Positions 1 through 13,810 of a stretch of 64,000 nt of DNA are shown piece by piece; within the stretch, counting starts at the first letter, position 1, and each line of letters begins with the position of its first letter. Made by a program: the position numbers and the translations under genes. The notes beneath the pieces were generated by a model. The model did not search any database. It had not been told where the DNA came from and saw only the letters and a list, made by a program, of their open reading frames with translations. The stretch covers positions 558,001 to 622,000 of the forward strand of contig CDROCS010002560.1 of assembly GCA_977020255.1 (NCBI GenBank), read 5' to 3'. The DNA is from Obrimoposthia wandeli (lineage: Eukaryota).

Positions 1-249
1 GAGATTTTAATTAGATAATTTATTTTCATAATACATACATTGAAATGACGGTGAGGGGTGGGTACTGAAAGTAGCGAAGAAGGTCAATAAAAAGTTTTAA
101 ATATGTTAAGAAGTTGCCAGTTGTTTGGTCAGAGTGGTTGTTAGCAAAGTTGTTATGAAAAGTTTGAATTCAAATTAAAATGTTAATGATCAATAAAGAA
201 GTATTGGATGTCGATGGGTTTATGTTTTTATTTACTGGTCCCTCAAACA

Positions 250-1830
250 TACATCCACTTTTCAATCCTCTCCAATTTATCGGCAGTCAGAGTTGGTTGT
301 GTTGGTATTCCAGAACCAGAGGGTCCACACTCTAACGAAATAGAGTGCTACTATCTTAACACTATTGTCTTTCCGCATAGACTCGACTAGATTCTGATAT
401 TTGTTCATTACTTTGCTGTAACTATTATTTTGACTCATATTACTGTAAAAGGGAACTATAATTTCTACATGGTGGATACAGGTTCTGTCTTTCACCGTAT
501 TATCTTGCCTTGCTCGCTGAATATTGCCACTGTCATTCATAAACATAGTAGTCCATCAACGTAGTAGTTTCCTCCGTGGCAATAGTATCTCCGTCATATA
601 GGGCAAGTTTAAGTAAGGCATATACTTTTCGAACTACTATATTGTACCTTTGTACTTTCCAGTGATGCAATGTATAAAAGCCTACTATAGCATGTGATAG
701 TCTCTGTAATGGTTTGTTGTTTCTTGTACACCCATATCGGCAACAGTTAACTTCACGCTTACTAAAAACAGATTTAACATCCGAGCGTCCTACTTTGGTT
801 TTGTATATAAAATGCCATACTTTATGAGTGACTCTATTCTTCAGGATAAACCTGTTAATATCCGTATCAGATGTAGTGTTTCCATAAATCACTGATCCTG
901 GTTTATCATTGATTCTTACATGCTCAGTCTTAGCAATTGTGATTTAGTTGTGGAGATTGACACTGATTCATTTGTTATCGTCGCTTGTGAGTACAGTATT
1001 AACATTATCCTTCTTAATGCAAATTACTACTTCATCATTTTCACCATCTGTAGCCTGTCTAGAGATTATAATTTTTGAGATTCAACACCTTCTTGAATTT
1101 CTTGTGAGCCACAGTTTACCTTTCCCACTCATTTTTGGCCGTTTCCTGAATGACTTTTTCATTTACAGCTTGGTTCAGGCAACCCCAAAAATCTCTGCTT
1201 TCGGTATTCGTTTGTTTACTAAAGAGATTAGTTCGAGTCTAAAGGCTTGTTGTAATCCTCCACGTTATGCATTCACCATTTTGAAGAATTGGATTATGGC
1301 CTGAAATTATATTCATCCGTGATTCTTGGGATACCGAATCCTCCATGATCTTTATGGCCATGCAAGGTTCCTAGAGGGGTATTTTTAGTCCTGCAATTCT
1401 TCGGAGTTCTTTCCTCGCTTGCCGGTCATAAGCGTATTTTGTTATTCCATTAAAACTTCTATAATTGATGAATCTGTCGTTTGAGATGTTGTTTTGACTA
1501 AAACTGAATACAAACTTGGGGTATACAAAGCTGTTGTACGTCAAGATATTTTGGTGAGAGTACAATCTACTGTTCATGATCTTTATAGTCATGTCAAGAT
1601 TACCCTCAAATATATCCTCGTATTTATGTTTTTATATCCGCATTCCTGTTCATACCAAGGTACCTGTAAGCACTTTCGATAATTACCGCAGGTTTAGGGT
1701 TTCCGTCGAGTATGATCTTCTTGATTTCTTTCTTTGCATCTATATTATTGCAGCCCCTTAAGAAAATTCTGTGCATTCCACATTTGCCTGGTTTGAATCT
1801 CAATCGGATCTTGGTTGCAGTAAGGCAAGA
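250..1830 (-). mobile_element. Degenerate 3' half of an RLE-type (R2/NeSL-like) non-LTR retrotransposon (RT C-terminus, thumb, zinc knuckle, restriction-like endonuclease)
   Basis: Minus-strand translation across stops and frameshifts gives RLRFKPGKC (~1790-1810), AYRYLG (~1655-1672), LHGHKDHGGFGIPRI (~1325-1365), CCRYGC..LSHA (ORF 533-892) and HVEIIVPF..KYQNL..VRVWTLWFW (ORF 277-546). These appear in the order expected for R2-like ORFs. Confidence 0.8.
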
Positions 1831-2697
1831 ACATACGCATATGCTATAGTATCAAATTATATAGAACCAAGTTTGAACCCATTTAGCAGAACACCGTGTC
1901 TCTATTTATTTCAATAATATGAGTTAAATAAAAATTTGACTCCAGATAATCGTTTAAATTTATATCTTTATATTATTTATACACATTGATATTAACAAAG
2001 GGCCATTTGTAGCAATGCTTTATTCTAAATTTCTGTTTTTTCTCAAAATTTTATATTTGGAGATATGGCGTTTTGTCATATTGCTGCAGTTACAATATAT
2101 AACCCATACATTTACAAAAATTAAAAAACGTACAATTTACCAAAAAATTTTGGATGAAGATCCCTTTTAATATATTACTTTTGTCTTTTTTCATTGTTCT
2201 AGAAGTTCAAATTTAAAAGTTTCCATTGAACTTTTCTGTTCAACATTTATATATTTATTAAATTTTTGTTGTTTATTAATAAATAAGTTATTAATTGATA
2301 AATATCACAGATTTTTAAAATTGTATTATGAAATATCTAACAATTTTGCCATCAAGGCTTTGAAGTAAAAAGTAGATTTATTATTTTATTGAACTTATGT
2401 GATAAAAAGATAAAAAAAAATTGTTTTACAAATTTTATATTTAATTATATATTTCGCATCACAGTTTCTTTTTCTATTCTAAAATTTACAAAAAAAGTCA
2501 TGAATTTCTTTTTTCAATCTAGTATATGTGCCTAGTTGTTTTGTAAAATTAAATAGATAATAATATTCAACATTCCAATTATTTGGAAAGAAACGGTCAA
2601 CCATATGATGCAATAAACAAATTTTTTACTGATAAAAACATTTTCATTTTAAGCACAAATGATATAACAAAATCTTTATTACATAGTCGCAACATTC

Positions 2698-4035
2698 TTA
2701 AGCGTCCCATTTTTCGTAAACACTAATATAGCAGTCAAAAGATAACTGAATTTTCTCAAAGTCGGAAATCTTGCCACTTTTCTCGTCATTGATGATGTAC
2801 CACTGCTCGTCGTAGCGCACAAAGTTGTAGTAATGTCCGCTGTTGGGAGTGGGTCCCACATGGTTGACGACTGCCTGCAGCCGGTAGCACTGCGGCCTGG
2901 CCTCGACGTCGATCTTGATGTACTCGTCCAGCTTCATCTCACAGTCTATTTTGCCCTCTTCAGACACGCGACCCAGAGACACAATCAAGAAATCCGGTGC
3001 ATTCTTGAACCGGAGTTTTGTGCGGGCCACGGTGACCTTGTTGCAGTAGAGGCACTTGTTCTGCTCGTTTACAGTCACACTGTGCTGCAGCATCTCCTCA
3101 AACGTGTCTTCGTACGTCAGTAACAGAAGATGGCTGCCCACAATCCGCTCTTCTTCGCAGTCACTGCGGCCACATGCATCGCAAAACATGCGCATATCTT
3201 GCTTCAGCTCCAGATCCAAACTGAAGTCCAGTGACTTCATCTCTTCGTCGAGACGGTTCAGGAAACCGCCCAGGAATTCCAGGGCGCACTCTTGTTGGCC
3301 ATACTCGAAGAAACTCGAGAAATAGTTTAAACAATTCATTTTCTCTATTATATCGTAGGCAAACATTTTAATTTGTTCTTCTTTACATTTTAGAAAGTCT
3401 ATCATCAAACATATGGCAAATTTTGAATCTATATTATCTATCAGTTTTTGACTATTGAAAAGCGTCTCACGAAAGACATCGGCGAGAGCTTGCAACGAAG
3501 AGTTCACAAAGCAACTGACAAAGTTGTCATTGGCTATTGGAACTATGAACACATCATCACTGTCTACTTCGTCATCTTCGTCATCTTCGTCATCTTCGTC
3601 ATCTTCGTCATCTTCGTCATCTTCGTCATCTTCGTCATCTTTGTCATCTTTGTCATCTTCGATGTCTTCCTGCAAATCTGAAAATTGGGATTTGATTCTC
3701 GCAAGAATCTCTAACTCATCATCGCTTGTTGACAAATCAATGACATCTTCGTCTTTATAAGAAAACACATCTTCAGCCTCTCCGAATTGGTTGGTTTCTT
3801 CATCATTTTGCGAATCTTTTCCCACTTCTGACTTTGACTCGACCTCTAAACATTCTTTCTCAACTTCACTCGTCACAGATGCTTTCTGAGGATCTTCATA
3901 GTCCTTATCATCCTGAAACATTTCAACCATCTTTAGGCTTTTTAAGGAAACGTCGTCTTCAGTACTAATTTGATCATGCCCTCGTTTTCTAGAGTTAACA
4001 ATTTCTAAATCTTGGTGTGCAGATTCCATTGACAA
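2698..4035 (-). CDS. Intronless ubiquitin-specific protease (peptidase C19/USP) with acidic low-complexity N-terminus, 445 aa
   Basis: Open 445-aa ORF with Cys box NDNFVSCFVNSSLQAL, QQECALEF (QQD-box-like), CxxC pairs, His box HVGPTPNSGHYYNFVR and WYIINDEK. Confidence 0.85.
   Translation of the reverse strand: MSMESAHQDLEIVNSRKRGHDQISTEDDVSLKSLKMVEMFQDDKDYEDPQKASVTSEVEKECLEVESKSEVGKDSQNDEETNQFGEAEDVFSYKDEDVIDLSTSDDELEILARIKSQFSDLQEDIEDDKDDKDDEDDEDDEDDEDDEDDEDDEDDEVDSDDVFIVPIANDNFVSCFVNSSLQALADVFRETLFNSQKLIDNIDSKFAICLMIDFLKCKEEQIKMFAYDIIEKMNCLNYFSSFFEYGQQECALEFLGGFLNRLDEEMKSLDFSLDLELKQDMRMFCDACGRSDCEEERIVGSHLLLLTYEDTFEEMLQHSVTVNEQNKCLYCNKVTVARTKLRFKNAPDFLIVSLGRVSEEGKIDCEMKLDEYIKIDVEARPQCYRLQAVVNHVGPTPNSGHYYNFVRYDEQWYIINDEKSGKISDFEKIQLSFDCYISVYEKWDA
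3568..3660. repeat. 9-bp tandem repeat (GTCATCTTC)n encoding the D/E tract of the USP
   Basis: About 10 direct copies read directly; they translate to (DDE)n on the minus strand. Confidence 0.95.
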
Positions 4036-4269
4036 TAAAGATTTGGGAAATAAAATATGTATTTATAAACAATTTTTTTAAATCATTTAAATTTTATTGA
4101 AATAGATTAAAATACGGTTGAGAGAAGTTTTATGTCGTCATTATACAAAATAATTCCAAAGAGTTGCATCATCTAACTAAACAAAACTTTATTAAACAAA
4201 TCAAATATAAAACACCATATTAGCTTCACTCACAGTCCAAAGAGTCTGTATTTTACAGTCATCAGCATA

Positions 4270-4995
4270 ATATCTATTGAGTCGTATTAAATCATGATAC
4301 ATTATACACAAAGCCCTAATAGGACGCTTGAATGTTAAAGCTCTATTTAGTAAGTGTGAAGTTAACTGCTGCCAATATGGGTCTAAAAGAAACAACAAAT
4401 CATCACCAGAAACTGTATCCCATGCATTAGTTGGAAGCTAAAATATGAATCACTGGAAAGTACAGAGGTACGAGATGGTAGTTCGAGAAGTATATGCCTT
4501 GCTTAAACTTGCCCTAAATGACGGAGATACTATTGCCTTGAAGGAAACTACTACGGCGATGAATGACAGTGACTATATTCAGCTAGAAAGACCAGATATT
4601 ACGTTAAAAGACAGAACCTGTATCCACCATGTAGAAATTATAGTTCCCTTTTACAGTAATATGAGTCAAAATAATAGTTACAGCAAAGCAATGGACAAAT
4701 ATCAGAATCTAGTCGAGACTACGCGGAAAGACAATAGTGTTAAGATAGTAGCACTTTATTTCGTTAGAGTAGGGACTCTCGGGTTCTGGAATACCGAGAA
4801 CAGCCAACCTTTCCCGGATTACAAATATTCAGCTGCAGAAAGAAAGAAGATTAAAATACGAATCGCAAGTAAAGTCATAGAACATACTTAAGCCCAGTGT
4901 AATTGCTTTAGACTACATGGAGTTTTAGGAAATGTGAATACAATACCTGATCAAGTAGATGCTCTGACAGCCGAAAAGTTGGAGATGATTGAAAA
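4270..4995 (+). mobile_element. Second RLE-type non-LTR retrotransposon 3' fragment (endonuclease domain and 3' tail), inverted relative to 250-900
   Basis: ORF 4445-4891 has RPDITL..HVEIIVPF..DKYQNL..VRVGTLGFWN (PD..D/E-x-K RLE pattern) and is clearly homologous to ORFs 277-546 and 533-892. The tail ctctgacagccgaaaagttggagatgattgaaaagtg (~4972-5008) matches the reverse complement of ~254-292. Confidence 0.8.
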
Positions 4996-6281
4996 GTGAA
5001 TGTATATATTATAAAAATAAATTACCCAATTAAAATTTCTGACTAATACTTTTTGAAGAAATTTACATACCAGAAAATATAATATTTACTTTTCCAAAAC
5101 TCTGGAAATAATCAGAAAATGCAGTCACTACCTGGGAAACCACAAAGAAGTGTCGAACAAACAATCTCTCCTGGAGATTCATCGGTCCTACATGAAGTAG
5201 AAGACATCTTACGGTTAATTGCTATAGGGAATTTTAGTACCTGTATGTGTTTACTATGCATATAATTTTTATTATCCTTGCTTATCTATTCCATAGTTCT
5301 TCGTCTAAAATTGAAGCAATAGAAGAACCTAGATTATCTATAAAAGCCAGACTGGGATCAGTTTCAAGCTGGAAAGAATTTTCTTCGTATACATAATCAA
5401 GAATATAAAATCCCAAAAATATTTTTTAATTGATGAATATCAGATGTTGTTGAAATTTCAATTAGATAATTATTTTCCACTTTTGATATTTTCATAGAAT
5501 TCATATAATTTGATGCCTTTTTAATATATTACATGGTTTTCCTTTTGAAATTCTTTCCGGATAATGAAAAATATCTTACATATCTCAGAAGCAGATCCAT
5601 TCTATAATAAAGAAATTGATTAAAAACGATGCTTATAAAATATTTAGAAGATACAAATATTATGTAATGAAATTAAATAAAACTGATCACAATTTATTAC
5701 ATGCATAATGAAAGAAACGTGGTTAAAGAACAGAAATAGTTAAAACGTAGGGATATGAACACGGCCAATTTTCCACATAGGTAACTTTGTTCTAATTTCA
5801 TCCTTCTTGTAGCCATAAAGCCGAATTTTTATAGTATATTGCGTCTTTTTTTGGAAACACATGACATCTATTTCTCTTCCATATTCATCTAAAATGCTAC
5901 ATCAGCTCCGCAAATATAAAATTCGTTCTTATTGAATGTAAAACTTGGAACTGCCCTTTCTACTTTCTGTTTAAAATATTGAAAATTTGGTTTTTGAATA
6001 ATTGATAGATAATAGCTTAACTTTCTTCTTTTAATTGTCACAGGATTTACTAAAGCAAATTAGTTTAGCCTTTTTCGAGAATCTGACTTTGTATTTGAAA
6101 TATTGTTTCACTTCTTCATACATAATGCTTGTGATATAATCATTGAAAAATCCATTGAGAGACTAAACATAACTTTAGACAAAACTTTATTCTTTATAAA
6201 ATACGTAAATTCGACCAATAACGATCATAACAATTTTCAATTTTGTTATATTCAACCAAGTTATAAGTTTGTGTTTCGTGC

Positions 6282-6454
6282 TGTTTAAAACAAATACTTT
6301 AAACAACACAAAACACACACACCATTTATGATCACAAAATTTTCTCTTGTGAAGGACAAGCGGCATACCTTAAGTTTGTGGGATTTTTTAAATTAATTAT
6401 AATTTTTTGTTTACTTTTTACTTTCTCAATTTAACATATTTACATATTTTTACA
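6282..6454 (-). repeat. Putative 3' LTR of the BEL/Pao element
   Basis: On the minus strand a purine tract AAAGGTGAGAA is followed directly by TGT at 6454, and the segment ends ...TTTTAAACA at 6282. No second copy is visible to confirm it. Confidence 0.4.
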
Positions 6455-9400
6455 TTCTCTCACCTTTAATTCTACTAGGATCAAACTATATCATCCCTAT
6501 ATAATTTTAACTTACACAACCTTACCAGTACTTTTGTCTCTTCTTTACTCCTACTTTTATCTTCGCTACTCGAGCTTTGCCATCGTTTCCGGTTGCTAAA
6601 CTTAACACTTTCCCTAAAGGCCACTTCCCTCGCTCATTGATTTTGTCTAAGACCAATTCTAAATCATCAATTTTCAATGGCACTTTCTCATCCAGCCACA
6701 TTTGCCTTGGAGCCCACATTGGTACAACTTCTTCCATCTATCTTTTCCAAATTGCACTTTCCAGATTCTGAATTAATTTTTATCTCCAAACTATTCCTAA
6801 TCGTTCTCCTTCAAATTTCATTTCTGTAACAGCGTCTCCTATCAAAAATGATTTAGTGTTAGTGCTTCATTATCTTTCTCATATGCACTCTTATAACTAA
6901 TCGGCCTAGACAAGTAAACAGACAAATATACCTTTTTAACCTTACATTTAATCTTCCTTGTTTTGAATCTCAGACTGGGCAATGGAACCATTTCTTGAGT
7001 CATTTCTTTTGCCTTCCATTTTTTGACATACTTCACACTTGTGATCTACACTACTAATTAACCTTTGAACTTTCAATATCCAAAATCGTTTTTGGATTTC
7101 ATTCAATATATGGTGAATTTCTCTATAATGTCTTAAAGTTTCATGCTTTCTTTTGTGATTAATCTGGACAGCCAACTTTTGTCAGAAAGTATGATTGGAT
7201 ATTTCATCTCTTAGCTTAAAATCTCTGCATTTATTAGTCGGGTATATGCTCTCATAATGTTATCGTCACCTAAAAAGGTTTCAATTTAATTAATTTACTA
7301 ATGTTTCCTATTTCCTATCTTTGCACAAAACTTGTCATTTCTTCCGGAAAATACTTGTTTTGTTCTTCCTTTAACAACCTCTATCCAGCGATTTTTAATT
7401 CCTTGGCGGTTAATTCTCCACTTATTCTATACTCCTTTGAACTTCTAACATTGTTTATGAAACGTTCCCACTATGCCCGGACGCATGTTAACTTATAAAG
7501 ACTGACGTAAGTCTCAATATTGCATCAATTAACCTGACTTGTGAATAACGTGATTTCACAGTATATTTTTCTTTTCTGTATACTTTTTAATTTCCTCCAT
7601 GTTTAAATTGATCGACCAATTTTCTCGTGTCTCCTTCAAATAATCTGGCCCTTCCCACCACATGCGTCCATCGACTAACCTTTGCACTTCCGCTTCTCTG
7701 GATAATAAATCCGCCGGGTTCATCTTGGTTGGTACATATCTCCACTGTCCGATCTCCGTCTCATCCTGTATTATTCTCACTCTATTCGCTACAAATGGAT
7801 TACAATTACGTCTCGGTTGTTTGATTCAGCATAGTACATTCCTACTATACGACCAAAATACTATCTTACTTTTCATTACCTCCAGCGCTGCACAATCACC
7901 TTCGCTAATTTAACTCCTATTCCTGCCGCCATCAATTCTAGTCTTGGTACACTTTGTACCTTAACTGGCGCTACTTTAGTTTTCAAGGCAATAAACCTAA
8001 TCGTTGCCTTTCTGTTCTCTTTATTCCTAACATACTCTGCAGCTCCATACACTGTATTAGATGCATCTGTCAAAATGTGGATCTCTTCATACCCATCGTT
8101 GGTAATTAACCATCTTGGGATTCTTATTACTTTTCCCATTTTGCAATCTTTTACCCATTCTTTTACTGTCTTTGTCAATTCTGTGTTTAATTGATCATCC
8201 CAATCTACATTCCTTAACCAAATCTCCTGCATCACAATCTTTGCTCGTACTATAATTGGGCTCACGAAAATAAACGAAAAATTGACAACAAATTTAGGAA
8301 TATTTTTTGTCACCGTTTTTGTTTAGTTTATTATCTATTTCCGGAACTGCTTCTACTTCCCTAAACCTTTGTATGTCAAATTCTGTTCCCCTTTGACTAA
8401 ACATCATATGAGACATGGTCGTATGTTGACCAAACCCTCTCTTCCTTCCTACTTTTTCTATACCCGTCCATCCTAGTGGAGTTAGCCTAGCAATAGGCAT
8501 CTGTGGCTTTCCCACCACTTCTTTTATAAATCTCTGTAGCTTTACGTCGTCAACACCTATCGATACATCGACTTGAGCTCTCTTCCCCAACATCGGAAAA
8601 GAAGCACTCTGAAGATGTTTCCATTTATGATGGTTCTTATTTCCAGTTTATGATTTCCAAACCCTTCGTGATCTTCGGGATAGTTAACATTTTGACCATA
8701 TTACTGACCTTTCTATCGTGGCTTCTCACTTCCACAGTAACCTTCTCACTCTTTAACATTTCCATTCGTCCTCAGATGAATCTTCGGCATCTCTAATGTT
8801 GGCCCACTTAACTCCAAGGTCCGCGCCAAATCTACACTGATGTATGAACTGGTGCTTGCATCGTCTCCCATTACTTTTTTTCCATTATTATCGGCACGGT
8901 GTGTAAGGAGACAAATGTGTTATTCTCACATTCTCTCTGCCGAGTCATCATAGTGTAATATTTCCTTATACTTTCCTTCTCATTCTTGGGGAGCAACCAA
9001 TGGTGTTTTTCTTGGCATCCATCCATCCGACACAGTTTGTATGTTTTACATTTTTTCACCGTATGATTTTTTCTAAAACAATTCCTGCACATCTTCTCTT
9101 TCTTGACTCACACCTACCTAGCTTCCACTGTTAAATTTCTAAATTGCTCGCATTGATCAGTATAGTGATTAGCTCTAAATTTTGCGCATTCGGCTTTTGT
9201 GATTTGGATTATACTCACTTTTCCATTCTCTTTACTATTCGTTAAGAAAGTGTGATTCTGATGACGTGAGTCATTGTTTTAACTCGTGTATTTTTACATA
9301 ATCACCCGTTCGTCTTTTATAGGTTTCATGATTGTAGATTTTTTTGCATATACCTCTGACTTCTATTAACATCGTTTGTTCTCCTTAGCTTTTCCCATTT

Positions 9401-10430
9401 TTTGCCTGGCCCATATCTTTAACGTGCATACATTATTTTTCTTTCAATGTTGTTTTATACACTTATTCCAATCCATCACATTGGCAATTTTCTCAGTAAC
9501 TTATTGAACAAAAAATCATTTCCAAGATCGCTTTTTCTGTTTCCATATTTCACTCTGATTTATATTTTGTATATGAGCTGCACTAATGCATCAAGGTCAT
9601 GTTCTTCTCTCCATCGTACCACTCTAAATCTCCCCATTTCGTCCATTAACCCTCTGTAATTTCTTTCACTTCCTCCGTATCTCTCCTCTAACAATTTCAA
9701 TGCATCATCGTAACTTTCATCTATGAAATCAATTTGTGATTAATTTGTAAGGTTCCTGTTTAACATATTCCATCAGTTGTAACATCTTTTTTTGTTTTGG
9801 CACATTTGTTTGATCGATTACAGTGTCAAATATTGCTTGCCAACTTTCATATTCCTTATAGTCCCGAATAAGTATGGATTCTTTTTAAAACCTTTAAAGA
9901 TATTTTGATCGTATCTTCTTTCTCTATTATTTTCTTATTTTACTTTTACTGACTTTTTTTCGGTTCTGGTCTCGAATTCCTTTTCCGTTTTTTTAAATTT
10001 CAGTTTTTAATTTATTTTATTTTGGTATTATCTTTCTTACCTACCGCGATCTCCAATTCATTATTTTTCTGTTCACGGAATTTTCTAATTATCTATATAC
10101 TTTTGTCTCTTATCTTGGTCATAGGCCGTATCTCGAGCTTCTGTCCACTCATCTTTAGTTAATAATATTTCCATTCTGGTTATCCTTTCCTTTTGATCCA
10201 TCCCACCTTTCAGTTTCGGAATTACTCTGATGTTCACACTTTTATCACGTCGTCAGGTTTTATGTACTTGCCGTCCTATTCTAACCAGTACTCCCCTGGG
10301 TATTTTACTTTTCTCGTATCTATCTTCCACTACACCTCTCCGCGTACTCAATCACTCGGACTTTACCGCTCTCTATCTTTAATATCACTTGATTCCATAA
10401 TATCACCATTTCCTTCAACATTTTTCTTTT
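6282..10430 (-). mobile_element. Degenerate BEL/Pao LTR retrotransposon (gag, protease, RNase H, integrase, DUF5641-like C-terminus); RT absent
   Basis: Gag zinc knuckle CRNCFRKNHTVKKC..C..C..KHH (8871-9092); protease-like DDASTSSYIS (~8840-8870); IGVD..TPLGWT (8294-8593); WDD..LTDAS..YGA..KVAP..PRLEL (7876-8313); WRYVPTKMNPADLLSR (7556-7780); integrase Zn finger H..H..C..C (6948-7175); WPLGKV..G.DG..R (6522-6737). Confidence 0.9.
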
Positions 10431-10449
10431 CATCTTCATTGATCATCTT

Positions 10450-11457
<1,008 letters not shown>

Positions 11458-11769
11458 TGATCTCTGGATGATCTAGAGCTTTTGTCTTCTGAATAATCTA
11501 CCTAGCGACTATTTTTTGAAGATTTTTTGTTAAGTTTATTAGCCTCACTATCATAATTTTAATTACATATTCGGTTTCTTTCGTCGTAGCTTGACGTTGA
11601 ACATCATTAAAGTACACTGGGACTGTTATAACGGCTATTCTTTACTATTTTTCTAAGATAAGCATCTGTCGTCTCTTTCATTTTTATAAATACTATCGGT
11701 GAAATCACTTCTCGAAAAATCATTTTCTGATCTCCTTTATATTCCACTCGAAGTTTCGATTTTTAACTT

Positions 11770-11935
11770 TCATTAACTACTGTAAATGACCAATGTTTCA
11801 TATCACCTTGCACCGAAGAATCTTCAAATTTGTGACCAATTAGTCTTTTGGCATCAAAAACAGTATTATTAGGATTCATTTCAACTTGATTTTCAGCATC
11901 ATCTCCAATACGTCTTTCATTTTTACGCTCTGCTA
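11770..11935 (-). pseudogene. HSP70: Isolated Hsp70 ATPase-domain fragment
   Basis: [49 protein letters not shown] matches the conserved Hsp70/Hsc70 segment; the flanks are not Hsp70-like. Confidence 0.9.
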
Positions 11936-12588
11936 CCATTATTTTGGGTATAATCATGAATGAAATCAATTTACTATTTTAAATTCAAATCAGGGCCATA
12001 CAATCAATAACAGTTTTAATTAATCTCGGGAAACCAATAAATCTTTATAAAATTGCAATAAAATGAAAGAAGAATGCATGTTTGAATCTGAAATTTTCTT
12101 GCACTCAGATATTTGAAGTTTACATCGCTATGTGAAATGTTTTCCCATTGGTAAAGTTATGATATTGGGATTGAGAAATTTGGATTACCAGTAAACAGTT
12201 GAATCAATTTTAAAATATTATTTTATTATATTTGTAATGTTTTTTATAAACAAACCCGTTTAAATTACTAATTGTTTCAAATGAATAATACTATAAATAC
12301 AGACAATGAAGTGGATCATCTGGTCGACGTATTTTTCAGGATAAATTAGGGGTAAACAAATTTTATCAGAATTAAAAAATAATGATATAACAAGAGATAA
12401 CATTGATATATTGGTTAGATCACACGTTATTCGAGAATTTAGAAATCGTACACAAATAAATAAAAGTATAGCCAAATATTCATTAATTAATTTTTGTATT
12501 TCATCTACAATAGCTCTAAAATTGTACATTTCAATAAGGAAACTTCTATGATAGTATAAACAATATTAAAAATGAAAGAGAATATGTA

Positions 12589-13810
12589 ATGGAGCTAAAT
12601 AATAATGCTGTATTTCAAATAGTTGGTCCCAGTGGAAGTGGAAAGACACATTTCGTATGTAAATTGTTGCAAAATTAAACTCTTTTCAATTCTAGTTTCA
12701 AAAATATTTATTGGCATCATGGTGGAGGAGGGGAAAGCAGATTAACCAAAACAGAAGTTTGCAAGTTGAAGGGAATAAAATTTATTGAAGGATTTGAAGC
12801 GAAATGGTTCAAAAGATTGAACAAAGAAGATGTAATAATTAGTGGTGATTTGCATCAGGAAGCTAACAAGAAACCGGAATTGAATAATTTATTTACAAAA
12901 ATTGCAAGACATTCCAAAGTAACAGTTATATTTATCACTCAAAATCTTTTTCACCAAGGAAGTAATCATAAAACAAAAAATCTTTATGTGCATTACTAAG
13001 TATTATTTAAAAATCCAAGTGATCAAACAGTTGTAAATTCTGTGACCAGACAAGCATTTCCCCCATAAAAGAACTTTGTACTTAATACATTCCACGATGC
13101 TGCTAAAAAAAGCACATAGGTATATATTTATCGACTTGACACAATCTTTTCCTGATGATTTACGTGTCTTAAAATATATATTTAATTCTAAGGATGTAAC
13201 TGTTTATAAACAAACAGAGAACAATTATAAAAAAATTATTTGCACCGTATTTTAAGAAGTTGATTCTAAAACGTAAATGTAAAGTAAAGGCAAAGCCTAA
13301 AAATCGAGAATAAGAATCAGTAAGAAAAAATAAGTAAATAAATTAATCAAGTCTGTAATTCGAAGTAAAAGAAAACCTAAATGGCTTCGAATATAAACAA
13401 TATTAAACATGAACCTTTTTAAAACGATTAAAGTACAAAGAAACATACCTTATTTTATTTACATACTCAGTTTTAAAGTACATGGTACCCCCTACCGGGG
13501 GATGAATTAGACCGAACATATTCATCTACTCAATTAATTTGAAAATAAGAAATAAAAAGCAAAAAAATTATAAATATTTCAAAATTTTGATCAGAATTGG
13601 ATCGATGAAATATGTACTATATTTTCAAATTGTTGTAATGGAGAAGAAAGGGTTCAACCCAAAGATCCAAATAGCTACACAGGACTTCCAAATTTTACAA
13701 AAACAAAAAAACAGATATATTTTAACATGTATTGATGTACTTAAAATGTTTGCTCGTGCAGTTCCAGTTAAAGCAGTCTTTAGTTCAGTAAAACAAAAAT
13801 ACATTATGTT
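12589..13810 (+). mobile_element. Polinton/Maverick fragment 1: degenerate packaging ATPase, deleted small ORF and integrase remnant
   Basis: VGPSGSGKT Walker A (~12622-12650), FTKIARHSKVTVIFITQNLF, LFKNPSD; YILTCIDVLKMFARAVPVK (~13720-13775). Paralogous to 16490-17810. Confidence 0.85.

Noticed and set aside
3448-3760. ORFs encoding (FVI)n and poly-Ser on the + strand
   Set aside because: They are antisense shadows of the 9-bp repeat in the USP acidic tract.
13485-13510. GGGGGATG as the missing left terminus of the outer Polinton
   Set aside because: It is not preceded by AGTAG or the AACCAT TSD, and there is no extended match to 35640-35830.
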